Source of the DNA: Octopus bimaculoides
Taxonomy: Eukaryota
Assembly: GCF_001194135.2 (NCBI RefSeq)
Contig: NC_068982.1
Location: 116,920,097 to 116,978,993 of the forward strand
Direction: 5' to 3'
DNA: 58,897 bases
A program made the position numbers and the translations under genes. This document shows, one piece after another, positions 54,151-58,897 of this stretch; position 1 is the stretch's first letter, and each line of letters begins with the position of its first letter. The notes beneath the pieces were generated by a model. That model was not told the origin of the DNA. It saw only the letters and a list, made by a program, of their open reading frames with translations, and made no database searches.

Positions 54151-54559
54151 TGCATATACAAAGACGCACGCACACGAAACCATGTATGTGTGTGTAAACC
54201 TAGGCTTTATACATAAGCTTAGACGCACACATACGAATACATATGCATTGCTACAATACAGATATCCACATAGAAAACTTTTAGGTCCCAACGTATATAT
54301 GCAGACAACTTTTTAAGAAATTGCTGAGTGTAGAAAAGCTAAAATTGGGCCAAAATGCATACATAATAGAATTCCATATATTGAACCATCCATAGAAACG
54401 GTTAAATTTGTTTACAAAATATGTTTAAATAAATACAAATAAAATAGAATAAAGTAAAATAAAAACAAGAAAAACTATGCATATAACAGTCGAAGACTTT
54501 CTTAAAAAGGAGTAGGGATCTATAAAATATTCTTGCAATGCGAAGTAAATCATGTATAA

Positions 54560-56897
54560 TGCGGTACAAATCCAATAATGAGATTGCAAACTGATTTCGA
54601 ATTTTCGTGCGAATAAAGCCTGGTTACGAATGAATTTTCCGAAGCCCCTGTATAAGTTCTATAATCGTGTGAGCCTTCTATCTGGACTTTGGCTCTATAC
54701 ACGATACCTTTTTCTAGACATTTCCCTTCCAACGGAGAGGAGGCTCCATCTTTGAAATTGTAGCTTTTTGGAAAAGAATCGGCATTATGATTTTTGGCAA
54801 TTATCTTGTTGTGCTGGCTAATCAAAGAGGCGAAGTTTTTGCAGCAAGAATAGCTGATCTTATGCGTTCTTCTATTGAACATTCTATAAAACTTATAATT
54901 AGGTTGAAAGTGCTTAGAGACTAATTTTAATAATTCCTTAACTATATTAGTTCTGACGGCCATATTGAAAGCTGGGTTGAACCACAAAACTTTCCTAGTC
55001 CTTGTTCTACGTGCTGCGTTGCTGTTAGCATTAGACTGGGTATACGGGATCCTCTCAGAGAATCCACTATTCCTTAAAGCACTATTATAATAAGGTGTTG
55101 CGATTTGGAATGTTGCCTCATTCACAAAAATTGACGATATTCGCCCTCCTACATTACTAAGTTTCTAAGAATAACTGGCGGATTGTTGGATTATTTGCTA
55201 ATATAAGATAGTTTATCATTAGTCTTACGGTAAGGTTTGAATATATCTGAATTCAAGTCTAAATTTACATCTAAGAAATCAATTTTTTTTTTGAGGTTAG
55301 TATTTAATGTAATCTGCAAGCCTACCCTTTGGAAGAAAGTGATTAGATCCTTCCTAAGCTTATCTAATTCGTGGCTGTTTAAATTATGGGTGACTATAAG
55401 GCCGTCATCCCAATACAATCCTACGTCTATAAACGGAAATTCTAGCTTCAGATTGTGCAAAATGTAAGCTCCTATAATCGTACATAACTCAGCCCCGCCG
55501 TATGTCCACATCGGTACATGAAAAAGAGAATCCTCAATCTTTTTAATCCAGGTAGATTCCTCTTAAAAAAGAAGTGATATTCTTGCATGTATGATAATAT
55601 CTATTTCCGAGCTATCGATGTTGACATACTGTTTGGCGAATTCTAATGCTTTCAGGAGCAAAGGTCTGGATATTGATGGGTAAAAATCAACAATATTAAA
55701 CTGCGTAAATTTGCAGTTGTGCTTATGGCTAATCCCTTTAACCCAATCTATTACTGACTTATTATTTTTACAAATCCGTAAATTTAAATCACTATCTAAC
55801 TTAGTTAAAATGCGATCTAAAATATATTTGCTAATAATCCCTATTTAAGCTTTTGCAGGATTAATCAATCTACATTTGGGGTTTCTATTAAAATTGGCAT
55901 TATGGTCTTTTAGGGTAATAAAAGCAGGTCGGGGGGAAAGGTATTCTATTCTATCGCTAATCTTAAGATTGTTAGCTATTCTTCTTGCCTCCAAATTCAC
56001 CTCTTTGTATAAATTTGTGTTATCTTTTTTGTATGTATGTGTGATGCTATCCGAAATTAGACGCTTGTAAACGTCCTTATCAACCGCATATAAGTTTTTG
56101 GACTTGTCGGAATTAACGAAGATCTTATTCGAGTTGTTGATTTCTGTAATCGTTTCTTTCATATCTCTCTGTAGATGGTTGGTATATTTACGGAATCTAA
56201 TTTTTCTAATAAGACCGAAAAGGTCCTTTTCGAAGGCTTCTAATTCCGGAATAGGTGGTGGATTCCTGGAAAATTTAAATCCGTCTTTTTTTCTGTTTGT
56301 TTTTTGTTTACTCTTTTTACTTGTTTCAGTCTTTTGACTGTGGCCATGCTGGAGCACCGCCTTTTAGTCGAGCAAATCGACCCCAGAAGCCTAGTACTTA
56401 TTCTATCGATCTCTTTTGCCGAACCGCTAAGTTACGGGGACATAAACACACCAGCATCGGTTGTCAAGCGATGTTGGGGGGNNNNNNNNNNNNNNNNNNN
56501 NNNNNNNNNNNNNNNNNNNNNNNNNNNNNNNGGGGGGGGGGGGAAACACACACATACAAACATACACACACACATACATATACATATATATATACATATA
56601 TACGACGGGCTTCTTTCAGTTTCCGTCTACCAAATCCACTCACAAGGCTTTGGTCGGCCCGAGGCTATAGTAGAAGACACTTGCCCAAGATGCCGCGCAG
56701 TGGGACTGAACCCGGGACCATGTGGTTGGTAAGCTAGCTACTTACCACACAGCCACTCCTACGCCTTCAAAGAAGAAGGTTTTCCATCTCAATCTTCGAA
56801 GAAACTCTTCTGTTTTCTCTATAAGACTTTTAAGATATTGCTTCTTTGCAGGGATAGGTATATTTTTTTGAGAAAACTCCAGTGGGTAAAGTTCCAT
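54560..56897 (-). pseudogene. Near full-length Penelope-like element (RT plus C-terminal GIY-YIG; Naiad-like by motif recall), interrupted by a SINE
   Basis: ATG at 56897: MELYPLEFSQKNIPIPAKKQYLKSLIEKTEEFLRRLRWKTFFFE; then DKSKNLY, CRLINPAK, FNIVDFYPSI, GGAELCTIIG, GLYWDDGL, FLDVNLDL, WFNPAF, KISYSC, IVYRAKV..YTGASE; a few stops and at least one frameshift. Confidence 0.9.
56308..56766 (-). mobile_element. SINE family 1, full length, inserted in the PLE ORF
   Basis: A-box-like TGGCTGTGTGG, B-box GGTTCAGTCCC, CORE-like cttgggcaagt, central microsatellite, tail ggcggtgctccagcatggcc.cagtcaaa.gactgaaacaagtaaaaagagt. Confidence 0.92.
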
Positions 56898-57064
56898 CTT
56901 TTCAGCTGTATCTTCCGACTCGTGTAGAATCGCTCAAACTTTCTAAAAAAGGGGCGTGTTACACCGGAGTAAGCACATAAATGTGCAACAAGGTGGAAAA
57001 ATGAGAACTGAAATACCAGAGGTAGAGTAACATGCTTTATTTAAAAGCCACTGAAATATAACAA

Positions 57065-57110
57065 AAAACTGTTAGTCGGAGTTTCACGTTCCTGTTCATC
57101 GGACAGTTTT
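57065..57110 (-). ncRNA. Minimal type I hammerhead ribozyme, one stem III mismatch, in the putative PLE pseudo-LTR
   Basis: AAAACUGU CCGAUGA AC-AGGAAC-GU GAAAC UC C GA CUA ACAGUUUU; 8-bp stem I; AATAAA follows at 57041-57036. Confidence 0.65.
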
Positions 57111-58669
57111 GTTAGAAATGGGAGAGAAATGACGATGCAATCAAAACTGATATGAAATTAAAACACATGGATCTGTTTCATTGGTCGTTTCAAATAGCGG
57201 TTTTAGGTATGCGATGAACAAAATGAATTCAATATAGATTCATCCTATTTTAAAAAATCAAAGTAGACCTTAAATTGAAAAGTGAGTCCAAAAGACATAT
57301 TGTAAATAATTATATTCGAATTAACACATTAAAATTAAAATAAAATTTACGCTGCATTAAAATAAATAAAAATTTTACAACAGTATATACGCATGCTAGA
57401 CTATCTACAACTTACATATATACATCAAAATACACAGATGCATACGTACAGACAATATACGTATATAGGCATATATTTGTAAGATAAATACATGCACGAA
57501 TACTCATGTATACACATATACATATGCACGCAATCATGCTCGCGTACGAAAATTATTCAGCGTTGGAACAAAGAAGTATATCTTAAACTTATGGAGTGGG
57601 GTAAGTAGGGTTGGGAAGAGTAACGTATCGATAAGGACGTTACTAATGTAGAAAGAGAGAAAGTGTGGCTTTCGTGAGGAAGGAAAGAAAGAAAGGAAGA
57701 TAGGAGAGAAAAAAGGGAGGAAAGAAGGGAAGAAAGAAATAGAGAGGGAAAGAAAGAAAGAAGGAAAGAAAGAAAGAAGGAAATACAGCATATATAACAA
57801 ACGTACACAAAATTGGATTATGTATATAGGTGTATACAAAAATGTATATTAGCATCACGTATACAGGTATATAGAGATATGTACGTGAATACACACAAAT
57901 ATAATTGTATACGTGCGTATGCACACATTTAAGTATGCATGTGTGTAAACCTGAGCGCACATTCACATATATAACATAGACGCACACACACGAATATATG
58001 TATATGTGTTAATATAAGCATACACTCTTATATTTATGTACGTATATATGTATGTGCACGAGGGAACATGTCTGTGCATATGTGTGTGCGGATGTATGTG
58101 CATCTGTATATGCGTGTAGTCATGTATGTACGTGTGGATGTATGTATATATGTAAGTATATGCGTGTCTGTGTGTGTATATATATATATATATGGTCGTA
58201 CACTGCATATACGTATGCGTGTGTACTTGCATAATTACACATTTTCGTAAATTTATTTATACCTTATAAACGAATATTCCTTTCTTACCTTATTCATAAT
58301 TAAATTTCCTCTATCATATCTATTTAATTTATTCATTTATTAATCTAATTCTATTTCCCTAATCTTTCGTATCTTCAATCAACCTGCAAACCCCTCGCCC
58401 GAACATATAAAAATACGAATCATAAACATAATCATTCAGTCTGCTATAATGAATCCATAACACATATAGAACATCCAAGGGTATATTTTTTCCCTGTGAA
58501 TATATTATGCTCAGGTCATAAGAATTTAATATTTAATTAATATTCAGCGACTATTTATTGAAAGAGTTTTAAGGGATGATAGATTTCTTGTCAATAATAA
58601 TCAATTATTAACATCTCAATCTCCATTTCCTTTGTCTTCTTTTATCTGAAGATAAACTATATGTCTATA

Positions 58670-58820
58670 CAGATCGACCTCAGTGCATAACTGGTGCTTA
58701 TTTAATCGATCCCGAATAGATGAAAGCCAAAGTCGACCTCGGCGGAATTTGAACGCAGAACGTAACGGCAGACGAAATAACGCTAAGCCTTTCACTCATC
58801 GTGCTAACAACTGTCAGCTC
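58670..58820 (-). mobile_element. SINE family 2
   Basis: gttcaaattccgccgaggtcgactttggctttcatctattcgggatcgattaaataagcaccag on minus strand. Confidence 0.88.
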
Positions 58821-58897
58821 GGTATTGAACCACCATTAACTTCGATGAAACCATCCCTTCATGAGTTTAACACAACCGCTAATCGATTATATATATA

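Noticed and set aside
54560-56897. Selenocysteine (UGA) recoding as reported for some Naiad PLEs
   Set aside because: The internal RT stops I translated are TAA, and lost cysteines in the endonuclease read as Y, F or S; no in-frame TGA at a Cys position was seen

Overview
Eukaryotic, AT-rich, repeat-dominated DNA with about 13 N-gaps, nearly all flanked by microsatellites. The SINE families, microsatellite density and TE mix point to a coleoid cephalopod, probably Octopus (inference from recalled repeat consensus sequences, not a search). No host protein is recognisable; there are only weak splice-signal exon candidates. The window holds four same-strand R4/Dong-type RLE LINE fragments interleaved with a Chapaev3-like transposase remnant (2.5-11.9 kb), at least four Penelope-like (PLE, GIY-YIG) remnants including a nearly full-length copy (54.6-56.9 kb) and an RT-less derivative (50.8-52.2 kb), a mariner with both TIRs, a pogo/Tigger remnant, RTE fragments and three tRNA-derived SINE families. 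The most interesting signal is RNA-level. A ~920-bp ORF-less unit at 28.67-29.59 kb has terminal direct repeats that each carry a minus-strand minimal type I hammerhead ribozyme (one intact, one degenerate), and these enclose a ~150-bp inverted repeat, a retrozyme-like or PLE pseudo-LTR architecture. A second near-intact hammerhead lies upstream of the large PLE ORF. All family assignments come from motif recognition by eye and need confirmation by search; many boundaries are approximate.
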